A DNA stretch of 63,851 nucleotides, filler included, from Choristocarpus tenellus KU-1152 (lineage: Eukaryota; Protista; Phaeophyceae), in assembly GCA_964200185.2 (NCBI GenBank). It is 11 parts of 11 records of this genome, joined end to end, with 100 filler letters (N's around TTAATTAATTAA, not from the genome) between each part and the next. Parts side by side here need not be neighbours in the genome. Positions count along the whole stretch, not along the records: positions 52,256 to 57,472 come from CAXNAD020011472.1; positions 57,573 to 61,031 come from CAXNAD020019894.1; positions 61,132 to 63,851 come from CAXNAD020025328.1; 8 more parts are not named here. One strand, given 5' to 3'. The stretch's first letter is position 1. Each line of letters opens with the position of its first letter. Shown one piece after another: positions 52,963 to 63,851 of the stretch. Position numbers and translations under genes: made by a program. A model generated the notes under the pieces. It worked only from the letters and a program-made list of their open reading frames with translations. It did not search any database and was not told the origin of the DNA.

Positions 52963-55478
52963 TCAAGACTGGCACCCCAACATTGCCGTTCTCCGTATCA
53001 AACCATTTCTTCCTCTATTATTGCAAACATCAATCACCTCATCAAGGGCGGACTGCATTATCCACAAGTCAGCAGCCGCATCAGCTTTAGTTCCAGAGAG
53101 ACGCAGCGTACCTCCAGTCATCGTCTAGCCAGGGCAGTAAACAGGGGGGCGTGTTTGGGGCGAGATGAACAAGGACACACGACACACTGTCTTTTTATCT
53201 TCCAGAGTCGGATAATCTTTAATCCGTTGTGGTACTCATTGAACATTGATCATTGACTTCAAGACTAATTTGATCTCTTCCTGGTGGTGTGGCACTACCG
53301 ACCATAGTGTATACTTGCTCTCAGTGCAAACAGCAGGGAGAGTCTACATTGACCGTGAGGCAAGCTGGGTCTAGTAGGGGCAATCTTATGATGGCGTATT
53401 GATTGCTCTTCCTTGCGCTGGAGAAATGGCTGAGTTGTAATAACTAGAGGAAATGTAATGAAGCAACTCCTTGCCTCATAGTCCTTAGAGATCTTGGACA
53501 CTGCCTGCTCAAGATGCCTGGCCAAAACGTGCTTGTATGATTCCGTGCAAGTGTAGAGGGGAGGCTCTCCAAAAGCCAAGTCAATAGCAGAATACTTCCT
53601 GATAATAAACATTCGTGGTATGTACCAAAGCGTGCCAGTACATTGGTGTCACTTTTTGTACAGAGTAAAGTTATTTTGTAAATAGAAAGCTTGAATGAAG
53701 GCCAAAAACTGGTGCACTCATCGATAAGTGGGGTATGTGCAAGAGCTCAAGTGTAGCGAATGAAATTTGTCTTACATCCTTCTGCGGATCCAACAAGATA
53801 TCATTTGCCTTGCTTTTACTCCACAAAATCACAGATCTTCATCAACCATTTTACACTATGTAAATCTTATCCATGCCGCACATGGGAACTACTTAGAAAA
53901 GACTGAATGTGTTATGAAACCTCTCCCAATGATAAACATTGGTTTTCAGTCACTTGTGTCAAGTTCCAGACTCAAGCTAAGCGTCGTAAAAACTATGTCA
54001 AAGCATTATCAGCATACTACTATAACTTCAGGCTTACCAAGAAGGGTGATTAGCTGCCTCCTCCCTTCTCTGCCTCTTGATCTCGAGCCATTCTTTGTAT
54101 TGGTCTCGAGACAACTCATTAACCTCTCCTCTCCCACCTCCAACATAGTACCCGATTGGCATCAATCTCTCCCTCTCAGATGAGAGTATTGTGGAGTCAT
54201 TCCAGGGATGAGGGTGTGGATAATGTGTACACCCACTAGCCGAAAGGTTGGATCGATTGATCATCCGATTCTTTCCTGTGTTGGCAATCCGTGTCTGTCG
54301 GAGAAACTCATGATGCTGCAATAGAAAATTTAGGAGTAAGGAACGTATCAAATGTCAATTTACCTGCAGATAATCTTGTACAAACCCAGAGTAAGCAAAA
54401 GGTACCCAGGTTTTGGTCGTTTTGCATCTTAAGCCACTTTTGTCATCTCTTGCAATTCACTCTTATTTCAATGGATGAAATGCAAACATTGATGTGGGGC
54501 GTTGATTTCACTACTATTTGAAATTTTCGACAGAAGTCAGAAAGTCCCTATACGCTTTTGTACATAATGTCGAAGTTTGCGAATTTGTCAACGTCCTTAA
54601 AATGCATCCTTGAGTACCTCTCGTTTCCTTTGCTCAGTGAGTGAACGGCACCATCAGCAGTAAAAGCACATCCCATGCGAGGGGTACACTGTTTTCGTGA
54701 CTATGCAGTTCTGGGAGAAGCAAATGTTCCTTGTGGATAGAATTGATATTGCCTCTTACCTCGCAGACAGCCACTTTCGTCACATTATATGGAATGTCCA
54801 GTAAGAACAAGGCAATTCCCTCACTGAACAGTCCCGAATGGGATATTTCTCAGCGCCTCCCACCTGCTCCTTCCGTAAACTAATTTGACTTGCGAGATCC
54901 TGCATCGTGGGGTTCTCTGAACCCTTCTCCTCTGCAGCAGTATCGTTCATTTCCCTGGTGCAGGGTATCGGGAGAACATAGGTTGGAGTGAGAAAATGAG
55001 AGGGTGGTTGAGCAGGGAAGAGTGAGCAAATTTTATAAGCGGAAACAATATTGATGGACTTCGTTAGTACGAATATTACTTATGTAGTGAGAACCACTGT
55101 CTCGTATTGTTCATAAGTTTTAGTTTTTTCGTCGTGTTCTCCACTAGGTTGAGGTTGGGCTGTGATTTACTCTGAAGGATCCCGAGGGCTTTCGCAATCT
55201 GAGCTGTACGCACCAGTCCCCATCGTATCGAATTTGGGTTGATGGGGTACGTGACATCGCTTCACCTTTGATCTTTCACTGTGGAGAAAGAACACTCACC
55301 GTACCCGTTGGAGAAGTTTGTTGTGGTTAAGTCTTCTGACGATTTTTTCCTCCGCATGTACAATAGCCCTGCTAAGTGCACCTTGCGAGAATTGTGCACT
55401 AGGTCCATCCATCACTCGTGAAATTGAGTATTTAGTACTCAGATTGGAGTTTTTGAAGTATGGACTTCGGTTATAAGC
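52963..55478 (-). CDS. Unknown protein, last five exons (5'-partial), including a GC-AG intron
   Basis: Phase-consistent exons 55478-55300, 54954-54864, 54315-54038, 53598-53475, 53124-52963 (TGA). The last intron begins GAG|GCAAGG. Further upstream exons probably lie in 55700-57100 but could not be resolved. Confidence 0.75.
54383..54635. mobile_element. MITE subfamily B copy inside an intron
   Basis: cccagagtaagcaaaaggtacccagg...gagtacctctcgtttcctttgctc; interior colinear with 61520-61774. Confidence 0.8.
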
Positions 55479-55600
55479 CTGCACTCTTGGCACATAGCCT
55501 ACTTATATCCTGTGTGCATCGATTTACAAACGTAGCATGTTGTGTAGGTTTATAGTGTGTCCTTCAGAAGGAAGGAAGAAGTTGGTTGTTGACGATGTGG

Positions 55601-55632
<32 letters not shown>

Positions 55633-58238
55633 ATACTTACGTGAAATGTAGTATTGGTAGAATGAAACCCCAATCTTGTAGCACGCCTTCACAAGGTTAC
55701 GCAATACAATGTGTTGAACATTCCCATGTTAAACACATTCAGGTAACGAGGTGACCATCTTTTCCCTGAACTCTTGAAGCAGCCGAGTTCGGCAGCAAGT
55801 GCACGCTTCTAATTTACAAGGGTCCCGGGGTGAAACACTGTGCTGATAGAGCCCGTTGAGAAGCTATTAACTTTACTAAAGATAGTTTTGCCGATTGGGC
55901 TTGACCAAGATCTAAGTGTCACAAACCAGACTTCAACCACTACCACCTTCAGACGGCATGCAAGGTTAGAGTGACGGACTGAAACAGTATATATAATGGC
56001 AGCAGGCATGGAAATAGATGGACCCTTCGTCAAGGTCCCTTGCGAGTGCCTCAATCAGGTCTTCCGCAAGACACGAAAGACGGTGAGACAATTTCCCTGT
56101 TTGAATCCAAATTGCTCCCCAGTATGCTGTCGATGTAAAGGCCAACACTCCCCGAAACTCAACGGCTTCCGTGGATCTCGTTCTAGAAGCTTCACAGCAG
56201 AATTTGCATGCGCACGATTCATTTTGCAGTGATAATATAGCAGATCTTTCTAGCCTTTGGAGCTGGACTACTCTGTAGAGGAAGAGAACAGAGATAGGAC
56301 ACCACCGTAGAGATTGGATCAAAGTTCAGGGCTTTCATCGTCACTATCCAAGCATGGGGATGAATAACCCAATTGTGATATTTTCCACAAGGCCAGTTGG
56401 TCCTCTTATGACCCTCGCTGGTTGAGCAACCTACCAACCCTTCCTTCATAATCGGGTTCTACATGACCGAGACAAGGCTCCACTCCTTGTTCGCCTACTG
56501 TACCACAGGTTACCCAAGAGATAACTGCCATACTTCGAGGGGTTCAAGACCTCGGAGCGGAAAAGAGAGGGGATGATGAGACTGAGGGAGTAAGGAAGAA
56601 CGAAGGGGGGGTGTTGTCAGGGCAGCACACCGAGGAAGATCAAGCAGCGGCGTTGACTTCGGCGGAAGCAAAGCTAGACGAACTATTGGATCGTCTTGCA
56701 AAGCTGAGGTCGCTGGTGAGTCCTTTTGAGAAGGATTTAAAGAGAATATATTAATAAGCTAGTTTTGCGTCTTTTTGAATTAAAGTAGAAGGGATTGACA
56801 AATACCGTCTGGTTCATGAGTCTGGTTGGGGCTAAGCATTTTGGTTTTGTATATTATTGCTTGTAATTGTGTGAGGAACAGAAACTGATTGAGGGAGGAA
56901 AGGCAACGGACATCCATGTCTGACTGGAGGCGCAGCGCACATGCAGCACAGGCCAATGATCATACCACAGTAAGGTGCACCAATATCGTCAGGGGTACCA
57001 GGATCAAGTCCCTCCCACACACACTCACAGCTTATCCTCCCATCAGAAAGATATTGCATTCATATTGGAGGGCACTAATTGGGCACGCCAGCCCACAATG
57101 AAAAACCCTGCAAGAGCAATCAGCAAGCAAGAAAAAACATAGAATGTAGAGGACCACTTCGAAGATGAATGTCGAATATTGGTTGAGACTACTTGAGCTT
57201 GTTGTGGTGCTCTGAGAGCGTGTGAGAACACTTTACACTATTCACCCTTATTGCAACTTTCACTCTCTGACAGCCTGCAAGCAGCACACAAGCTTGAAGA
57301 AGCAAGTGCACTAGGCCATGATTTAGATTTTTTATTGTTGATTTGCTGTTCACGGTCACTAGAACCTTCTCAACCCTTCAGCAACAACGCCCATCAATCC
57401 CCCCCCCCCCCACCAGCCACCCCCACCCCCCACGCCCCTTCATACAACCACACTAAAAAACATCTTATAGTANNNNNNNNNNNNNNNNNNNNNNNNNNNN
57501 NNNNNNNNNNNNNNNNTTAATTAATTAANNNNNNNNNNNNNNNNNNNNNNNNNNNNNNNNNNNNNNNNNNNNCCCGAACTTGACCTCCCCTCCCCTTTCC
57601 CAGTGTCCCTGTCGGTCGTGAGCAAGCGACAGGGTGGGTGGATGGGAAAGCTTGCTCGGAGGTTGTCTTGTTCTCGCAATTCTTGTCCTGTACCCCTGGT
57701 TCTCAGTCCTTTTATAAGATACTGATCATTTCTTCCCCATCCCTCTTCCTACCTCTCATTTCTTTTAGCCTTTCTCCCCCCTCTCTTTGCCAGTCATTCC
57801 TTAACTATTCGTTCCCTTCTTGCTTCCTCCTTTTTCTTTCCTCTACCCTTCCTTGTCCTGTGCCCACAGCCAACCAGAATTCTTCGGCCCACAAAACTCA
57901 GATTATTTCATAAACTTGCACTTGTTGTAATCGCATCAGCATGCTAAAATGATGGGTCTCGGTTGGTCAACTTGCAGCAATCGTGAGAAATGCAGGACTA
58001 TACTAATATAAAGTAGTCCGAGCGCACGGTTCTCATAGGGGTGCTACTTAAATGCGCGTTTCGCGCGCATTTTAGGATGATTTTGACGCCTGAAGAGGCC
58101 ATCTTCACCTGGAGAACATGTCCGTTGTTGTTTCTCCATTCTCTTTCAATTATTTCCCGTTTATGCGATGTTGTCACCTGCTGGCTAAGTGTCACTCTTG
58201 GGGACCCCAGGTCTCTGAACCAGACAACCCATGCCAAG

Positions 58239-58590
58239 TCAAATGAGGTATTCTGAAGGTGCAGGCCTCCTGTGAGACTTAAATGTCTTATACACCCTGT
58301 CCAATTTGGTACACTCCAAGTCATTCTTGTTGGAATATGTCAGGTGGTAAGCAATGCTCATCCTGAAGAACCTCTCCAAAATTACTCTGGACAGCCCCCC
58401 TTCCTTCTTAAGACTGACAGGAATGTTGGTTCTCATTCCAGGCAACGTGTAGTCACAGTGGCCTCGTACATAGTGCTTTGCCCGCCCCCAGACCATCTCT
58501 ATGGGGTTCAATTCACAGTGGGGTGTTTTGGAAGCATCAAGCAGTGTCCACCACGACACTCAACCAGAATCGTATCCTGTGAGTGGCTTA
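58239..58590 (-). mobile_element. IS630/Tc1-mariner-type DDE transposase C-terminal remnant
   Basis: GGHCLMLPK, a frameshift, then HCELNPIEMVWGRAKHYVRGHCDYT...FKSHRR. LPKxHCELNPIE.xW carries the catalytic Glu of ITm transposases. Confidence 0.88.
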
Positions 58591-58631
58591 AACAGTATTA
58601 AGCCGAGGTTAGCCCACGTACCGTCTTGGTG

Positions 58632-58946
58632 GTGACCAATCTTGATTTGTTTAAAGGGTTGGCCAACGAGTTAATCGACGATGAGCATATCAAATGAAAG
58701 CCCTAGATCTGGACTATCGATTTACGTAAAGAAATTATTTCGGAAAAATATTTTTGGTCGTGATCATTCATTCCGGAACATTTCTAATGTTGGCCGAAAA
58801 CATTCGGTTAGAATTTAACCTTTCCAAAAAATTACGAAAACATTGCTTCGCACGAGTGATAGCTTAGATCCAGAGCTTTCATTTGATATGCTCATCGTCG
58901 TTTAACTCGTTGGGCAACCCTTTAAAAAAAATCAAGACTGGTCTCA
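58632..58946. mobile_element. Long-TIR (~75 bp) MITE/foldback element
   Basis: gaccaatcttgatttgtttaaagggttggccaacgagttaatcgacgatgagcatatcaaatgaaagc (58634-58700) is mirrored by gctttcatttgatatgctcatcgtcgtttaactcgttgggcaaccctttaaaaaaaatcaagactggtc (58875-58943). Confidence 0.9.
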
Positions 58947-59728
58947 TCCTTGAGGCGACTACCAACACTATAACTCTCGACCCCTAGGATTGCCTGCCCA
59001 TATATGTAGAAAACCCTATGAAAAACGAACAACCAACTATAAATCTCCATGCACGGTTACGAACCAGCAATTGGTTCAGGAAGGCTTGTCCATTTTCTGA
59101 TGCCATAATTAGTCTGAAGCGGGGTCCATCATGAGCTCCAATATGAGCATTCCCGACATCTCAATATTGCGGTCAAGGACTTCAAACAAGATACAACCTA
59201 TCTGTTAAGGTTCATTAGTACAGGGTCAAAGCATTCAAGTCGCCTGACATTATTGGTCATAAGGGGTTCAGTTTGTGGACATTTGAACAGAGTTTAGTTA
59301 CGATTGCATCCTTGTGACTCAGTGACTAGTGCAGCAACTACTTGGAAAATTGAAGTGGGCTCGAACCCCTTACTCAACACCAGACTTCTTTTCACAGAAA
59401 TCTGGTTTCGATTATGCTATTCCACGTGGCAAGCTCTACAGAGTATAATATTGCCTGTACTGTCCTATTTGTCTGTACCTATACCATAAAAACGCCATAC
59501 CAGGATCCAACAGAATATTCAAGGGAGGGGACGAAGTGACAGGTAGTGGGAGTGCTGAACCCAACACGTGAGAAGAAGGCAGGAATGAAAGGATGAAAAT
59601 TAGTCGAAGTAGTGGGATATTTCGTCATTATCTAGTGTGAGAGGTATCACACTAATTGTCATATAACATACGCAGTGTGTAGTTCCTCTGACCACAGGTC
59701 AGGATAGGGTGAAGATTAATGAACGTGA

Positions 59729-59872
59729 GAGCCAATGTATCTTCATAAAGTATACATTTTACCTACTCCGAAATATTTTGGACCAGGAAAATGTTATAAA
59801 ACCCCCCGAGGGAAGCCAAGCCCCAAATGGACAAACATGGCAAAACTCGTACCCTCTAAGATATTTTCACTC
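59729..59872. mobile_element. Internally deleted MITE, subfamily A
   Basis: GAGCCAATGTATCTT...ccccaaatggacaaacatggcaaaactcgtaccctctaagatattttcactc. Confidence 0.8.
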
Positions 59873-60845
59873 TGATGTAGCATGGTAAATAATAGTAACG
59901 ATAATGAAAAATGTTAGGAGTCTTAGCCAAATTGCATGCCTCAGTTCGAAAGCCCAGTCAATCCCCCACTTGAAAGCTTGCGCGAAATGGGAGCTTGTCG
60001 CTGGAGCTGAAGATGAGATAACATGATTCGCACACACAATGAATCATTGGATTGCTCCTCATGTGTAGCTATGAAGCACTCCCAACCATCCATAAATGCA
60101 CTGAGTCGGATGATATCACTATAACTATCTGGTTCACGAAACCATGCATCTTACGATACATATCAATTGATGTCCAACCGACTATAATAAACCACACATG
60201 TAACTATCCCTTGGTATTGTATGCTTTTACCAGGACTCACAACAGCGCAGTTCTCGCGACACCATGTCATTGCTTCATGAGGAACACAAATAAAATACAC
60301 AAATGTAGCACTTCCCCAAAATCATCAAAAACATAATGTGCTGCTTAAAATTGTTCACTGGCAATTTTTTTATCAACACATCTGTCCCTTTATGAGTAAT
60401 CCTCATAAAAACACAAGTCTCACATCCTTCTCCACTAAACCTCTCAAAAATGGTGTCAAGCATCAATGTGCTTGGTCCAGGTTGAGCTGGTTGCGTTACA
60501 AACTAAATTGCATGCTCTATCAATATCCTCAAATGTCAATGCAATACCAAATTGTGACTGAAGAAACTCCAAAATGCTTCGTAAGAAAAAAATCTTGTGC
60601 CACACTAGTCAGGACTCAAAACTTGCTCTCCATAGAAGACAGAGGTACAACCTTTGGGGTCTTAACCATACAAGCTACTTCTCCTCCACCATATATGACA
60701 GCCCCTCCAGTCACCTACCTACGATCATCATAGTCTCCAGCATAACTAGCATCTAAATACACACTCTACAACACACTCAGCATCAATGCCGTTAAATGTC
60801 AACCCAACACTAGAATACGTGTTCAGGGAAGCTAGATTACACTTG

Positions 60846-61031
60846 GAATGAAAGTATCTTAGAGGGTACGAATTTTGCCCTGTTTTTCCGTTTGGGGCTT
60901 GGCTTCCCACGGGTTTTAATGACATTTTCCTACTCCGAAGTGTTTCGAAGTAGGTAGAATGTGTATGTTTTGAAAAGGTGTGTTCGGAACAAGGATACTG
61001 ACACTTGTGTCAAAGTATCTGGGGAGGGGGT
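60846..61031. mobile_element. MITE subfamily A (inverted), with another MITE-like end starting at ~61007 just before the contig break
   Basis: GAATGAAAGTATCTTAGAGGGTACGAATTTTGCCCTG..., then gtgtcaaagtatctggggagggggt. Confidence 0.8.
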
Positions 61032-61131
61032 NNNNNNNNNNNNNNNNNNNNNNNNNNNNNNNNNNNNNNNNNNNNTTAATTAATTAANNNNNNNNNNNNN
61101 NNNNNNNNNNNNNNNNNNNNNNNNNNNNNNN

Positions 61132-63213
61132 TTTCGCAAAACAACCATCCTCATAGTCCTGCACCATCCTCAATTTTGAGAAATCCCTGTTAGGTGGTAT
61201 AACTGGTTCAAACGAGTATCTGCGTGTCACTAATCGGAATATTTCGTCCTCTGACTCCCGACATGCAAATAACAAAGTTGTGCTTGTCGGTAGCAAGAGG
61301 ACGAAAAACTCCGGCTGGAGACGCGTGGGTATACTTTTGCACCAGATATATCATTTTCACAGCGAATGGTGAGACAAAAGACGAACAACGGTTGCGAGAG
61401 TGAACCAGCCTACCAAAGGCTGTATCGCTAGAGGAATTAAGTCAAGAGAGAGCTACCGTCAATGTAGTAACACAGCAGGCTAGACAATAATGTAGGAAAT
61501 ACTCCATGGTAGTCACAGTGAACCAAAGTAAACGAGAGGTACCCAGTTTTTGCCCGTTTTGCATTTTAAGTCAGTTTTTCAATCTTCTACAGTTCACCCA
61601 TATTTCGATGGTTGAAGAGCTAACTTTGACTTGAGAGGGTTTATTTCTTTATTGTTCGACAAAACTCAGAAAATATCCTATACACATGTTTGCCAAAAAC
61701 GAGTCCCCGAGTTTTGCACATATTTGCCGACATTCTTATAATAGAACTCTGGGAACCTCTCGCTTACTTGGCTCAGTGTCTGCAATCAGAATTGAAAGGC
61801 ATATTTCGAAGTATAATGTTAATATATACTATCCCAGAGCGATACGTATCATTGAGTTGAGCCAAACCAGTACCTTTTCTTCCATATGACTTTTGTGAAT
61901 GAAATGATCATGCTATAATGCTTGGTTATACTTCTTATTGCCACGTTTGACTACTATTCTCCTCGTGTATTATGCACTAGTATCACTCAGTTCGTTACCC
62001 ACTCACCCACCCACCGCCTGGTCAACAACCTTTTGTGGGTTGCTCAGGCCTGCTCTGTAGATAGAGAGACACCAGTGCGAGGGAATAACACCTCAAAAGA
62101 TGAGGACACAGCAGTAAGTACACCAGACCCTTAGTCGAATGCTGAGGTTAAACGGATGTCAGCAAAAACAATACCTGGGTCAAATATGCAGTGTTACAGA
62201 AGAAAGGTGGTCCAAGGCAGCAGGAGGACTATCACAAAGTGGATAGCAGAAGGTTGTCCACTTGATTGAAGGATTTTGTGAGTGGGGTAATTAACAAGGA
62301 GGGAGTTGTCACCTGCACCTCCTTGGAGAAACTGGCCACTTGATCCTCTCCGTATATGCCTCTGTAGTCGGTGTTTTATATGTGCTTTACTGTTTTGCAC
62401 CTGTCGTGAGGGGGTGCCCGCTGGTGTATGAGGGTAGCAAAGTGTAGGAAGGGGGTTGGAGGTGACGTTTTGTAGTTTTGTGGTGGAGGGGAGCAAAGCG
62501 GCACACACAAAACGTGCCTGTGATTCAGTGCGTTAGGATTGATGGGTTCATTGATCTCATTGTGCAGGGTTCCCAGAGGAAAAAGGGTTTACTGGGGTAT
62601 GATGATGGGCGCGTGTTGTCGATGATCAGAGCAGTAGTTAGCTGGTTGCTGCTTCCCTTGCTTTTTGTCCTCTTCTTGATGAATTATGCATTCTTCCGAA
62701 CTATCAAGACAGAGCATTTAAAAGTGCCTTCTTTTTAATTCCACAAATAATTTTTGCACTGTATATTGTACTCAAATATTATGCTGCTTTCTTTCCCTTC
62801 ATGACAGCATCAGTATCAACAAATTGTTGTTAGGTATCATTTTGTGTATGATCCAAAAGAGCAGTACATTCTGTTCTGTACATCATTGTTAAGTGGAGTA
62901 CTATGTTCCCCCTTAGCCAAACGATGTACCTTTACTTGTATTCTTTATTAATGTGGTGGTGACGCTTCTTCTTCTCGTTCTACCTCGCCGAGTGTGGTCT
63001 ACCAGCTTTTGCCACAGGAACACACAAGTCTAAACATGGTGAAGGTGGTATTTTATTTTCGCATATATTTCGTTTTGATAGACCACACTGTCCATTTGGC
63101 TCCAATCTCTGGAGCTGGAGGCTTGACTCAGGCCCTTTGATAGGAGAGTGGGGTGTTCTCAAGGCGTGACATTGCGGCAAGCACCTTGGATGAAGCTGCT
63201 CCTTCCCCATCAA
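61132..63213 (-). CDS. Possible multi-exon gene fragment of unknown function
   Basis: Exon-like segments with plausible splice sites: ...PHSAR|GTAGAA (~62984), tag|SEECIIHQEEDKKQ (~62698-62592), and EDEIFRLVTRRYSFEPVIPPNRDFSKLRMVQDYEDGCFAK (~61250-61132). The exact structure is unresolved. Confidence 0.3.
61520..61774. mobile_element. 255-bp MITE, subfamily B
   Basis: agt|GAACCAAAGTAAACGAGAGGTACCCAG...CTGGGAACCTCTCGCTTACTTGGCTC|agtg; duplicated flank of 3 bp (or 4 bp if the first G belongs to the TSD). Confidence 0.88.
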
Positions 63214-63662
63214 GAGGTGCAGGCTTGGCTACTCCTACTGATATCTTGCCCTTGGCAGATACGACAGCTGGTTTTCTTTTTCTGAAAGCAATAATCTTGG
63301 GCAACTCCTATCAATGGGCACCCCCCCTTGACTTAACTACTTTACATGTGGTGGGGCAGGGAGTACCCAATGAAATTATAAATATGACTTACAATACGAG
63401 AAAGGTTCTGGGTTTAAAACAACTACAATAGTACCGACTCCATATACCCTTTACTACAACTAACTGCCATTCTACAGTCCAAAGAGTCAATTTGAAAAGA
63501 TCCTAGATTCTGACCACGCATGATGACCTCTCTATATCAAGTTCTGACTTGGGTAATGGGAAGTACCCTCATCTTTCGATATGGTGTGGGGTAGATGAAC
63601 GTCCAGGGGATAGCAGTCCTAATCTTTATTATTTTTTCAGCCAATGAACCACAACAACAGGT

Positions 63663-63841
63663 GGCTCAAAGTATCTGGGGGGGGGTGGCGGCTGTCCATT
63701 TGGGGTCAATTTTATCATGTCACGATTTTGGGGTGATTTGGTTCCATACGTCGGATGGATAATGTAAACGCACTTTTCCTTATTTTGACCCAAATGGACA
63801 CCCTGGTGTAGACCCCTCCCCCCCAAAAGATACTTTGGCTC
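63663..63841. mobile_element. 179-bp MITE, subfamily C, with perfect 4-bp TSD AGGT
   Basis: aggt|GGCTCAAAGTATCTGGGGGGGGG...tgtccatttggggtcaa...ttgacccaaatggaca...CCCCAAAAGATACTTTGGCTC|aggt. Confidence 0.92.
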
Positions 63842-63851
63842 AGGTCAGAAA

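Noticed and set aside
57594-57670. HDV-like or hammerhead ribozyme
   Set aside because: Lacks the P3/L3 CC-GG P1.1 arrangement and the CUGANGA/GAAA cores. CUGANGA hits elsewhere (2153, 14990, 27242, 58090) also lack the required stems.
59340-59440. tRNA gene (B-box-like GGTTCGAGCCC on the - strand)
   Set aside because: No cloverleaf or convincing A-box; at most a decayed SINE head.
13084-61131. Regularly recurring TTAATTAATTAA palindrome as a biological repeat or array
   Set aside because: Always centred in exactly 44+44 Ns; an artificial all-frame-stop linker.

Overview
This window is eukaryotic, intron-rich nuclear DNA. It is most consistent with a photosynthetic stramenopile such as a brown alga (inferred from a bipartite plastid-targeting peptide, TTAGGG-type repeats and the retroelement types). 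It is not contiguous: ten identical 100-bp artificial linkers (N44-TTAATTAATTAA-N44) join 11 contigs, so adjacency across linkers means nothing and most ORFs in the supplied track are spurious. Splicing by hand (GT/GC-AG, phase-checked) gave these genes: a 3'-partial plastid-type MATE transporter (7 exons); a complete 125-aa single-pass membrane protein ending in a C-x5-C-x8-CC-x9-CC module, head-to-head with the MATE; a complete 800-aa protein with three degenerate PDZ-like repeats; four internal exons of a bacterial-like pyruvate kinase; a protein kinase C-terminus; a secreted RgpF-like/GT-A-like protein; an unknown gene with a GC-AG intron; and several weaker exon fragments. Mobile DNA comprises decayed Ty3/gypsy and Ty1/copia elements, an RLE-type non-LTR 3' end, an IS630/Tc1-mariner transposase remnant, a long-TIR MITE, and a clan of about 12 short MITEs in three subfamilies sharing a GAGCCAAAGTA-type terminus, with clean 4-bp TSDs in two copies. 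No rRNA, tRNA or CRISPR was found. I cannot demonstrate a new biological system from sequence alone. The best leads are the Cys-module membrane protein, the MITE clan and the secreted RgpF-like protein.
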